This document shows, in pieces, positions 13,703 to 25,959 of a stretch of 64,000 nt of DNA; positions within the stretch are counted from its first letter, which is position 1; each line of letters begins with the position of its first letter. The stretch lies in NCBI RefSeq assembly GCF_001194135.2, contig NC_069001.1, forward strand, positions 30,060,601 to 30,124,600. The letters are read 5' to 3'. The translations under genes and the position numbers were made by a program. Below the pieces are notes generated by a model. It searched no databases. It saw only the letters and a program-made list of their open reading frames with translations, and was not told the origin of the DNA. This stretch comes from Octopus bimaculoides. Taxonomy: Eukaryota.

Positions 13703-15271
13703 TATTTAATATAAATTATAAAGTGTACGTGGCATGGATATCAGAGAGTCACTGCAAGCGGGGCCGCTACTTTTGTGCATTGATAGACCATAGCTCCGAT
13801 ACAACTCACATGTGGCTAGAATGTCGTAGGAATGGATCGCATGACAGATTCTTCAAGTAACCGATTTGACATCTAGGGGTTAGAAGGAAAGTCAATAATT
13901 GTATGTTATTCGTGGTTTCAGATGGCCATGGTTGATAATCCAGCAGTAAAGTGCAATAGTGGCGGCTTCTGAGAGAGGCACATGGGGTGGGGTAGCAGGC
14001 TCTAGAGTACTCTACCAACACGATATTCCGGTGAATATTGGATGTAACTAAAGAATGAATGATTGATAAATGGATGGATGTTTCGATGGATGGATGGGTG
14101 GCTAGATGTTTGATTTCATGGATGGATGGAGGGCTGGATGATTAAACAGATTTATGGTTGGATGAGTGAATGAATTAATATGTGGGCGATTGGATGGATG
14201 GAAGCTTTTATCCCGAACAACGTAGCCTGTATTAAAAACTATAAAACGTCTGCTCAAACAATTCGTAAATTTATGACATGAAACGGGCATATATCTATGG
14301 GTCTTGCTAACTTTTATTTGGACTTGTTTTGATTATACGAGGATAAGATGCAGATCTAAGATCACTAAGTTTTCATGAATCTTGTCACTGATTTACCATA
14401 GACATAATTCAATTGATATTGCAGTTACTTCATTTGTAACTTGACAGAGTGTCAGGTTCCAGTTATATGTCTTTATTTCTACGATCTATTCTTAGTCTGT
14501 AAATTTTCACAACGAAACGAACAGATGTGACAAATCACATGTTTGGCATTTCCCTGACATGAATAGGGCTAATAACCTATTGATGGCTAACAAGCACATA
14601 TTTCGGCTTCCCTGCAGTTACTTGATTAACACGATATATTTCTAGTGTGTCAAATAAAATAGCTTGTCTGCTGACTGTTTAAAACTCGGCGCCTACTGTT
14701 AGTGAAATTCCCTAATTTTAGAAAGAAAATCAATTACTTTTACAAACAGTAGCTTTTAGTACGACTTATGCGACAGACACGACTCGTAATAATTACTATG
14801 CTGAGTAAGAGCTGTCAGTGTGCAGAATTGATCAACATTCTCAACGTTATGGAAATAAGAACTAGATTTCCTGTAATATACAAACGTTGTCTTATAAAAT
14901 AGCGTAATGGATAGCGTTAAGAGAGATGCAATACCTATCAAAGACTGAATGTTCACGATCAGATTGTGGATGATTAAATATCTGATTCATTTCTTTTTTG
15001 GTAATCAATTTATGTGTGTACGAGTTATACAGCTTTGCTATATGACTGCTAAGATGACTGTTTTAAGTTCGTTGAAAGGCTAACGACGAGAGAAAATGTA
15101 GATTTAACTCTATAAATAGGGGAAAAAATAAAGAATCAGCCAATAGGAATTTAATTAATGCGGAATATATTTTTCAAGTAAACATACGGTGAGTCAACAG
15201 AAGTATAAAATTAGATTAGAAATCAGAACGACATCATCATGTCTAAATGCGAAATATAATAAAAAAATTCC

Positions 15272-15635
15272 AACAGGAGTACAAGCCTCCGCCAAGGCAA
15301 CACCAACGTCCTCTCAACGATTAGCTTGAGAGGATTTTAAAATGAGAACATCTGGAATAAATTCGACTGCTCTCAAAACCGTGAATACTAAAAAATGAAC
15401 CCGACCGCTCTCAAAAATTAAGAAAGAAAAAAAAAGGATAATTAATCTAGAATCCTTGTCTGGTAGCTGATCGATCTCAAAATTTAATCAGTTCGTGCCA
15501 GTCACGAGTCCAAACATATCTGAAAGTTTCATCCGAATCTATCCAGCGGTTTTGGAAGTATCCTGTCTACAGTCAAACAAACAAATAAATGCAACTGAAA
15601 ATCAATACCTCATTCTTAGCGAAGCGGAGGTAATA
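15272..15635. mobile_element. Helentron-associated MITE (HINE / pearl / DINE-1-like)
   Basis: Subterminal inverted CCTCCGC (15287-15293) and GCGGAGG (15624-15630); 3' hairpin TACCTC...GAGGTA; core GAAAGTTTCATCCGAATCTATCCAGCGGTTTT followed by a CAAA tetranucleotide tract. Confidence 0.65.
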
Positions 15636-15774
15636 AATGTGACGATATGATATCCACTCGAAATGCACAACAATACTACCCAGCTGCAACGAGGTTCAGT
15701 CACTACATAATGTGACTTTAGCTGGAAAGGATGAATATGTATCGTATATGTTTATATATGGATGCATGTAATGG

Positions 15775-15950
15775 TGCAGGCATGGCTGTGTGGTGAGGAG
15801 ATTGTTATCCAGCACCATGGCTTCGATTTCAATCCCATCGCTTGGTAGCTTCCTCGAGTGTTTTCTAATATAGCCCCGAATTCACCAATGCTTTGTAAGT
15901 GAATTCTGTAGACAGAAACTGTAAGAAACCCGGCGTATCTATCTATCTAT
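15775..15950 (+). mobile_element. 5' half of long tRNA-SINE (family A), diverged
   Basis: GGCATGGCTGTGTGGTGAG head, then TACTATAGCC-like and GTAGACAGAAACTGTAAGAAACCC segments as in the 32202 copy. Confidence 0.7.
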
Positions 15951-16058
15951 CTATATATATATATACATATATATATGTAAATTTATGTATATGTGTGTAT
16001 ATGTTTGTGTGTGCGTGTGTGTATGTTGTGTGTATATATATATATATATGTACACATA

Positions 16059-16512
16059 CAGAGGGTGGACAAAATAATGGAAACACATTAAAACTTCAAA
16101 CAAATTAATCTTAATAAGGGGTAGCACTGCATGTGGCAGGGATTACAGCTTGAATTCTACGAGATATGGCCTCGTACATTTCCAAAGGCTTTTTTCTCAA
16201 AGGCTGTCATTAATTTTCAGACAGTACTTCTTGATGCACCAAATATCTCGGCTGTTTTCGTTATGCTAGCGACTACCACACGAGCATCAACAATTTGTTC
16301 ACTTTGGAAGTCCGATAGATTTGTCGTTTTAATGAATTTTAATTACCTCTTTTTGGTGATATCTGAAAAGAAACAGCACATTTAGCAAAACATATTAACC
16401 AACACTAATAATAAATCAAAAACATAAAAATATACAAGCTATTGACGCCTTTATAGATCTTTCAAAATTATGATGCTATGATGCTAGGTGTTTCCATTAT
16501 TTTGTCCAACCC

Positions 16513-16515
<3 letters not shown>
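16059..16515 (-). mobile_element. Internally deleted Tc1-like element with both TIRs and TA target duplication
   Basis: Left end CAGAGGGTGGACAAAATAATGGAAACAC and right end (reverse complement) CAGGGGTTGGACAAAATAATGGAAACAC match at 26/28 positions, with TA on both sides. The minus strand retains the Tc1 N-terminus LSDFQSEQIVDARVVVASITKTAEIFGASRSTV. Confidence 0.9.
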
Positions 16516-16549
<34 letters not shown>

Positions 16550-17013
16550 GAACTACAGAAATAATCATTGTGACATAAGAAAAATTAAAAGTTCTCAATC
16601 AAATTTCACAAATATCATTACAACGAAATAGCTTGCTAATTAAATGGAGGATTACATGTCGTTGTGAAAGTTGATTAAAATATATGAATGCGTTTCTTAA
16701 ACAAATAATTAAATGACACATAATTCAGAAATCAAAACTTCTAAATTAAAGATGCAGAATGGCAGAATTATATAATCTCTAGCATTTCAGTGACGTACTT
16801 AATCAGGAGAGAAACATTGAATAACAGATAAAAATGACATACTCAAATTTTCTCCAACAGAATCTGAATGAAATATAAATTAATTTAAATGTCAATGTAC
16901 ATAACGAATCGCTCTTTATTCTCTATAATACCCTATAATTATCGTCGGAGCTGATATATACAAGACTGTTTATGAATGCACACACACACACACACACATA
17001 TATATGCAAGTAA

Positions 17014-17044
<31 letters not shown>

Positions 17045-17907
17045 CACACACACACACNNNNNNNNNNNNNNNNNNNNNNNNNNNNNNNNNNNNNNNNNNN
17101 NNNNNNNNNNNNNNNNNNNNNNNNNNNNNNNNNNNNNNNNNNNNNNNNNNNNNNNNNNNNNNNNNNNNNNNNNNNNNNNNNNNNNNNNNNNNNNNNNNNN
17201 NNNNNNNNNNNNNNNNNNNNNNNNNNNNNNNNNNNNNNNNNNNNNNNNNNNNNNNNNNNNNNNNNNNNNNNNNNNNNNNNNNNNNNNNNNNNNNNNNNNN
17301 NNNNNNNNNNNNNATATATATATATATATGTACGAAGAGAGAGTGAGAGAGAGATAAAGCAGACAAATAGACAGACAAGAATTTATAGATAGAGAGAAGA
17401 GAGTGAGAGAGAGATAAAGCAGACAAATAGACAGACAAGAATTTATAGATAGAGAGGAGAGAGAGAGAGACAGACAGACAATCAAGCACATGTCCATGTG
17501 CGTACATACATATATACCTATATATAAATATATGTTTATATAAGAATATATACGAGTATATATAAAGGAGGCCACTAAATGGACTGCTAATGTGCTAGAA
17601 GAAGATCACATGTCATGCGCCTATTTTGCTTGTTACCTGATATTAAAAGGATATTAGTTAATATCCAATTTTTTAACCCTATTGTTTAAATGATATATGA
17701 ATATACATATATGGTAACGGTCGGCATCTCCGTCTGTCTGTCTCTACCCTCTACACAGTCCAATGGCAGGAACGATGGTTACGATATTTTTCGGGATTAC
17801 GATAGTTCTAGGATAGCTGTATTAAGAAATCACCTTTGATTTTTTTTTTTCTCTTCGGAAAGTTCCGGAGATGAGGATTAACTCTGAATTTCACCCCCTA
17901 TATTTCA

Positions 17908-17960
<53 letters not shown>

Positions 17961-17989
17961 ATGGATGGATGGATCTATGCGTGCGTGTG

Positions 17990-18150
17990 TGATTTTGTCT
18001 GTAGTCCCCCCCCCCTCTGCCATCGCTTGACATATGGTGTTAGTGTGTTTACATCCCCGTAATTTAGCAGTTCAGCAAAAGAGCCTGATAGAATAAGTGG
18101 TAGACATATCAAAAATAAGCCCTAGGATCGATTTCCTCAACTAAAGCCCT
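17990..18150 (+). mobile_element. 3' half of long tRNA-SINE (family A)
   Basis: CCATCGCTTGACA..GTGTGTTTACATCCCCGTAATTTAGCAGTTCAGCAAAAGAG..GATAGAATAAGT matches the family body. Confidence 0.7.
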
Positions 18151-19111
18151 TGTAGAACAAGTAGAAAGATGCATTTCTGCCTACACGTAAATACTGAACA
18201 ATATATATATAAAGGATAAATTACTTTTAAGAGAAGAAAACTTTGCGCGCCATCTCATAGCTGGTTGCCGGCAAATTTTTGTGCTCTTGAAAGGATTTTG
18301 TCCTTTATATATATTGTTCTGTATTTACGTGTTGGAAAAATATCTTTCTACTTGTTGTATAAGTAAAATAATTTTAAAACAAGTGAACCAGGCTATGGAT
18401 TCTACTCCATCCCGATACATCAACTACTACGTAGCAATTGAGGGTCTCTCTGAGATTAGTATGCTTCCCACAGTGCTCGCACCCAATTGGCAACTTCTTG
18501 CATCAGTTAGTTTGTATCTCCTCTGAATACTTTGTTCAATTCTATTTCATCCTCCTTAAAAGCTCTCATCTTTCATTGTAATATACGATTACGACCTTAC
18601 ACGCATGTATGAGTGAAGGCGCGGCCTTGTTTGCATTATTAAATTATGCATCTATAAATATATATCTTTATTCACCTGTGTCTTATCAGTTTATTCATTT
18701 TGGATATTTTTTGCCACGCAATTGCTTATTGTTGGCTTCCTCTGATTAAATTCCAGCGTAGTTTTGCGAATATGTATATATCGTTTTTTATATTTTTTGT
18801 CTTTTAATATGTGCTTGATATATATTCACTGTTATCTCGCACGATCATATTCGTTTGCGCGATTTACGTCTAAGTGCAAACGTACTTGCACCTATATTCT
18901 ATTCTCTCTTTTAGTATCATTACATTTTGACCTGATATTATAAATTTATATTTTATATCGTACGATCGTATTCATTTCTGCGGTTTAAGTCGAAGTGAAT
19001 ATGCACTGGTACCTATCTTGCAATCTTTATATATATTTTAGTGCATGCTTTATAGCTAATAGGTAGGTAATATATTCTTAAGTGTGGACCGTTGGCCCGT
19101 GTGAATATCTG

Positions 19112-19154
<43 letters not shown>

Positions 19155-19163
19155 TTTATTCAT

Positions 19164-19450
19164 TTGCTTGTTTCAGTCATTAGACAATGGCCATGCTGGA
19201 GCACCGCCTTGAATTTTTAATCAAATGAATCGAACCTAGTACTTATTTTTTGAGTCTAGTACTTATGCTGTTGGTGTGTATACATACCTGCTAGCTTACG
19301 GGTACGTACACACACCAACACACTTGTCAAGCGGTAATAAGGGTACAAATACAGACATAAACACATTCACACACACACACACATATACGAGTTTCTTTCA
19401 GTTTCCATCTACCAAATCTACTCAGAAAGCTTTGCTAAGTCCAAGACATC
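19164..19450 (-). mobile_element. Long tRNA-SINE (family A), 5'-truncated
   Basis: Reverse complement of the family tail (TTTCAGTCATT..GGCCATGCTGGAGCACCGCCTT) and body (TTTCAGTTTCCATCTACCAAATC). Confidence 0.75.
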
Positions 19451-19634
19451 TCTCGAGTCTATCAGAATAACATAATAAAGTTTTGAAGTGTAAAAGTAAT
19501 TTTTAAAAATTATTTTTTAAATACATGTTATGAAATCATTTTTCAGAATGTTACTGACCTCTTTGGGGAAAAAAGCTTTTTCCTGGTGTGTGAGCGCTTA
19601 CGTTTAACCTTTTCAATCAAATATACATACCTGC

Positions 19635-19667
<33 letters not shown>

Positions 19668-19760
19668 TATACAGGTGGTCAAAACATAAGTGCAAAACTG
19701 GATAGAAAAAGTAGGGTTAGGTTACTGAAAGAGGGGTAATAATTTTGCAACTGTAATAAC

Positions 19761-19791
<31 letters not shown>

Positions 19792-22700
19792 CCGCAAACA
19801 CACAAATATGTGTGTGTATGTATGTATATATATATATATATGTGTGCGTGTGCGTGTGTGTGTGTGTAAGTGTATGTGTATGTGTATTATTGATCAACAT
19901 AGTACAAAGTAAATTAGCATATATAACATTTGTAAAGATAACTGACGTGGTGAGTAATTCTACGCGAGCTTTACAGTTAGAAACATCATTAAAAGCTCCA
20001 ATAGCTCCAACGATAGAAGGAAGATCGTAACATCAACAAGAATATTTACTTGCAAAGTGACAGGAGTAAAACCGCCTAAAGACAGAAACAGCTGTTTGTG
20101 GTTGACAAATACGGGATAAATTTATGAATATTCAACAAATACGTTTTTATTCTCTGAATAAAAATCGTCTTTACAAAAGTTTACATCATCGCCTGTAGAA
20201 TTTTTTGTCTTGCTATTTGTTTAACTATCCTTTTCTATTGTATTTTTCTTTTTTATGTTTTTTTTTATTTGCGTATAGATTTTCTTAACTATATCGATTT
20301 TACAACTGCTTTTGTTGTAGATTTTACTGCGTCGACTGATGTGACACCATCGTTAATATCGTTGCAGACAGTTTCATGGAATAAAGATTTAAACAATTAT
20401 AACTTGACAGCTTTAATACGTTTTAGAATCATTCTTTTAATTCGCTGATGTGTATTGCGGTGTTGGAATATAGAATTATCTTGAGCTGCGTTTCATAATC
20501 TGTTTAGTAAAACACTTTCTTTGACTGATTCGTAATATTCTCGGATGCAATGTATTGGGATATTTATTTTCAGTTCTGTGAGTTTTTATTTCTAGTAATT
20601 CTAATGTCACATTACATTTCAACATTTGAGGGTCGATAAATGAAATACAGTTTCAAGATGGGTGTAAATATTTCTCAGTGAATATCTGTAAATCCAAGAT
20701 ACAGGATTATCACATTTAAGGTTAATTCGGGCTGAGATTTAGGTTAATAACACTCGTTTCTTTGTAATTCATGTCGTTTTAATTTCATAGTTAACAATTC
20801 AAAAAGTCGAGCCGCTGAATGTTACGTCGGGTGAAGGGAGGGACCTGCCAGTGTGTAGTATAAACTTTCTCAAAGACGCTGTTCATGTGAGGAAGCGGTA
20901 CCTCTAACTGAGATTGTGCCATGCACATACGGAAAAACAAGGATAGATTCAAACATATAGACGAAATTCAATCACCTATTTCATGTCAGTGAATGAAATA
21001 ATATTTCAAATTTGGAATGTGTTTCCAAAACAGATAACGTAGTTTGTATATTCTGCTTATTTCCTGATTAATATAGTGAAATATTACAAACTAGAAACAA
21101 TCTAAAAACGATGCAAAATCTACAATTCCATTATATATACTACTGAATTCTGAAAGCTGGAATTTTTTAGCAATGGGTGCAATACAAACAGCCGAATATA
21201 TGTGGTCTGTATTCTTATGAAGAATATGGGACTGTCACTGTAATATATATATAACGCAATACAGTTTGTTTCATTGATGTTAAGTGCTACTTGGTGGTAT
21301 TATATAAACGAAGTTTCCTAATTCGCATGGTTGATATGAATTGTTAATGCCTCGTATTATTCTTTGGTTTGTCATACATACTTTCTCTATTGTACTAGAT
21401 GTGTAAACACGGCCTTTGCGTCTTTAGACATTACAGCACGCATTACAATACCTAAATTTTCAAGCCAAATTTAGTTAAACTTTAGATCATGACGTTGTTT
21501 CTTGGTAACAAATTGTACTTTTACTTAGTTACAAAAGTAGTTGTCTCCTAACGCCTGAAGAGAAATTGTTCATATATCTATATTTGGTGTGAGAATTCAC
21601 CAGACATTTATATTTTGTTGTGCCCATGGAGATAACAGAAATATTAAATACACAATCAGATATTAACTGTATCCTGTACTGTAGTCGATAAAATAGAGAA
21701 AACCTTCTGTAAAGGTTTCTTTTGCATATGGGAAAATATTTTTCAGATGCGAACGGCAAGTTAGGAGTCTCGTTAGCACGGCAATTCGAATTTCATTTGA
21801 TCATTCTCGGGGTTAGTGTATCCTGATTTCAATAGAGCCAGAACATTGGGCGAAATGCTTTGCAGATGTGGACATTAAATGACACCTCGTTTTTGTTTTA
21901 TGTAAAAGATAACATGCACAACACTTACATACATACATGTATGTAATATATATATATATATATATATACATACACACATATATATATGTGTGTGTGTGTG
22001 CGCGCTCGCGACTGTTTGTATGTGGATATACATGTAGTGAACACAAATCCAAATTCTAATTGAATCAATTTTCTCGACTACGTTTCACCTCATTCTATTT
22101 CCTTTGGCAAAATATAGTTATTTAATGCAACTTCCTTGAAAATTCCGTACGCTTACAGGTCTTGAAATAACATTTGTTCTTTATACCTGGGGATAAACTA
22201 AGTCATTCAAACGTTACTATGAAGCCTCAGACGTTCAGATCACCAAATACAGCAATTATGATCGTTGAAATCGCTGACGGACACATCATCACTACCAATA
22301 ATATTTTTTAATAAGCTTACATATAATTGTTCAAATGTGAATCAGTAGATATATTTTATTTTAATTATCACAGTATTTTCTTAGAAAGACATCACGGAAA
22401 TCAGTTCACAGAGCAGCGACTACTCCCATACAACGTAATCGAACTGAGGATTGTGTGATTACGAAGCAAATGTCTTGACTATTATCCAGCCATATTCATC
22501 CGTAGCAGTAGTTATGGAGCTAATACAAATATGAGCTTCATGTTGCTAAATTCTCACAACAATTAATAGCATTTAAAGAAAACAATAGAGAAGAGGAGCA
22601 AAAAAATAAAGAGAATTTGAAACAAGAGAGTCAATGAGGAGAAAATATTAAGAAATAAAAATTAAAATAATCCGGTAAATAAGTAATTAACAATGACAAG

Positions 22701-24716
22701 GGAACTGCAGCAATATGTGCTTCTCTGATAATATCATCATGGTACGCTAATTACTGAGAGTTTTCTTTCAGCAATAATTAAGGATTTACGAAATAGCATG
22801 ACATTAATTAAAATACAATGTCATATTTCGAAGTGGTGAAATACTTGTATTGTTTAGAATGCAAGTAAAACAGCAAAACGGGATTTAAACAAATACATAA
22901 TATAAGCGGAAATAAAGGAAGAAAAAACTGAAGGAACCATTTGAAGAGTTATCTCATAGCAAACATTTTGTATTCTATTATCGCAATATGTTCCTTTGTT
23001 CTAAGGAGAATTTATGTATGGAATCTCATAAGAACAAGGAGGGTTTGTATTTGATATATCAGAGGAAAATATCGGTGTAGTATACATATAAATATACACA
23101 CACACAAATACACATGCATATATATATATATCCATGTGTAGGTATGTTTACCACACATTCATATGGAGAAATAAATAGACTGACATACACAGGGAGAACA
23201 TACTCACACACGCATACCCACCCACGCACGCACATATACCCGCAGAGTTTATGTATGTGTTTTTCGAGGAACACACAGAACTATGTACCAATATGCAAAC
23301 GTATATCAATGTACATGTTCGTATATNNNNNNNNNNNNNNNNNNNNNNNNNNNNNNNNNNNNNNNNNNNNNNNNNNNNNNNNNNNNNNNNNNNNNNNNNN
23401 NNNNNNNNNNNNNNNNNNNNNNNNNNGCATATATATATATATATATATGTTCCTACTATTGTTCATTCTTTTAGTTGTATATCAGATATTTATTTATCTA
23501 TCTAAAGATTTTTTTTCGAAATAAGCACAATTATATGTATCGTAAATTGTATCAAGTATGAGTTAAATGTTAGTCGTGAGTAGTTAAGAAGCATATACTC
23601 GAAACAGGAAAATATATCATGGCTTCATAGTAAAAGAAGGATATTACGGACGCAAATGAAAAAATGTTATTTTTGAATTAATTATTAATGTTACTGACTA
23701 TTATGTAGCGGAAACGATAATATTCACCAATCAGGATAACATGGTTTTGAGATGAGTGAAGTAAAATTAGACATTAAAGTACAAAATCAAAGGCGAGTGT
23801 GACAAATACGATGTAATTGAATGCCTTAAGAAAGAGTTTGAAGCAAGCAACATTATAAGCATTGGCTATTATGATGACGAAGATTTTATTGAGTAAACCG
23901 TGGAACAGCTCAGTGTCACAAATTGGATTCATTAAGAGGTTCCTCAAGAGTGCATCGTTTTCTGGATTTACTTGTTTCCTTGATATATGTTACTCGTATT
24001 TCTACACGTGCACACTTAGATGCCTTCAATGTAATTTCCAATAATCTAGCTTACCAAATTTTAATATTAAGTATCAGTTAATATCCTTACGGGAAACATA
24101 CAGCGGTTGACTTTAAAATCTGAGTAAAATCCTACAATACAATACAGGCACTGAACTCTATAACGGCTGAATAAAGTTTCGAGTATCACAATTGATCATT
24201 CAATTCAAATACTCGAAACAGAAAGTCTTCGTATTTCCCATTTGATATAAACTAATTAGAATTACCCTTAAGTTATATAACCCGAAGCATTACAAAGGAA
24301 ATTATCTTAAAATATAACAGTTTTCGAGCGTGGAAATAGAAAGGGGAAATCTGTTGATACTATTTAAATTCATATGAATTAAATTAAAACTGTTGCTGAT
24401 TAAAAATTATCAAAATCGTAATCAAGTACTGTAATAATTCGTTCTCGAACAAACAATCAGGCATAACAGATGACGCAGGCACACTATTTAGATTAGACAG
24501 AAAATAGCTTCGAATAAGAAACTGGTCTAATAAAAAGTACATTCTGTTTATCAGATGTGAACAAATGAATAACAGATCGGGAAATGCACTCGTATTACAT
24601 CTATATGTATATACGAATCTAAACATATAACAAATTATACTAACTTCTCTGTTTGTACCTCTGTCTCTGTACATGGATACACACACACACACACATATAT
24701 ATATATCCATACATAC

Positions 24717-24751
<35 letters not shown>

Positions 24752-24812
24752 TGTATGTATGTATGTATGTATGTATGTATGTATGTATGTATGTATGTAT
24801 GTNNNNNNNNNN

Positions 24813-24874
<62 letters not shown>

Positions 24875-25111
24875 AATATTATGATGAGAAAGTAAAATTA
24901 CTTTTACTTTGAATTAGAAATGGGTCTACGGTTAGCCAAGCGCTTCGTTCATTATCTTTCTTTTACTTGCCTACAATAAATGTATTATTCTCGGAGATTT
25001 TAAGATAGTAAGAAAGACTTTAACGTCTATTTCTAGTAGGGCGGGGGGATGCATTAAGCTGACCCCTTGTTATAATTATGTATATATATGGGAATGAGTC
25101 CTACAAAGAAA

Positions 25112-25538
25112 CAGGTGTGGCTGTGTGGTAACATGATTGCTTCCAAAGCACATTGTTCCGTGTTCTCCATCACCATGTAGACACTTGGGCAAATGTCACC
25201 TACTATAACTTCGTGCTGACCAAATGTCTTTTGAGAGGATTTCTTAGACGAAAAATGTAAGAAGCTCGTCATATACATATATATACGTATATATGTGCAC
25301 ATACATATATTTGTGTGTGTCCTTACATTTTTGTTTGTACCACCACACAGATTCACATCCGGCGTTGTTTTGTTTACGTCCCTATAAATTACCTGTTCGG
25401 CAAAAAGTGACCGATCGAATAATTCAGGTTTAGAATAAAAATAAGAACATGGATGGTTGTGCCTGACTAAAGATCTTCAAGGCGGTGCCCCAGCACGGCT
25501 GCAGTCTGGTGGCAGAACAGAAACAAGTAAAGGCTAAA

Positions 25539-25540
<2 letters not shown>
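25112..25540 (+). mobile_element. Long tRNA-SINE (family A), near full length
   Basis: GGTGTGGCTGTGTGGTAA head, CACTTGGGCAAATGTC, internal TA/TG tract, AAGGCGGTGCCCCAGCACGGCTGCAGTC...AAACAAGTAAA tail. Confidence 0.8.
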
Positions 25541-25617
<77 letters not shown>

Positions 25618-25959
25618 GTGAGAGGGGGAAATATTTACATAGGAAATAATTGTAATTAAAGGCACGCAAGCCACTGTGCCTATATGTTTGAAAGAAACGC
25701 TAGTTACATCCAAACACGTATTCGGCGTCTCTTTCTAGCATAAAGGCACAGTGGCTTTGTGCCCGAAACCATATTTGTATTCTGTAAAATTTTATATCTC
25801 TATATATGAATTTTATCGAAAACGGTTTTTATACACTGGCTACTGATAAGGTTCATTTATGTTAATGATTGAATGCATTAATTAGGTTTTTATATATATA
25901 TATATATATATATGTTACTAACGGTACAAGGTAGTACCTACAAAGTTAGAAATAGGTTA

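Noticed and set aside
17338-17456. Exact 60-bp tandem duplication in GA-rich sequence
   Set aside because: It is low-complexity and adjacent to an assembly gap, so likely slippage or an assembly artefact.
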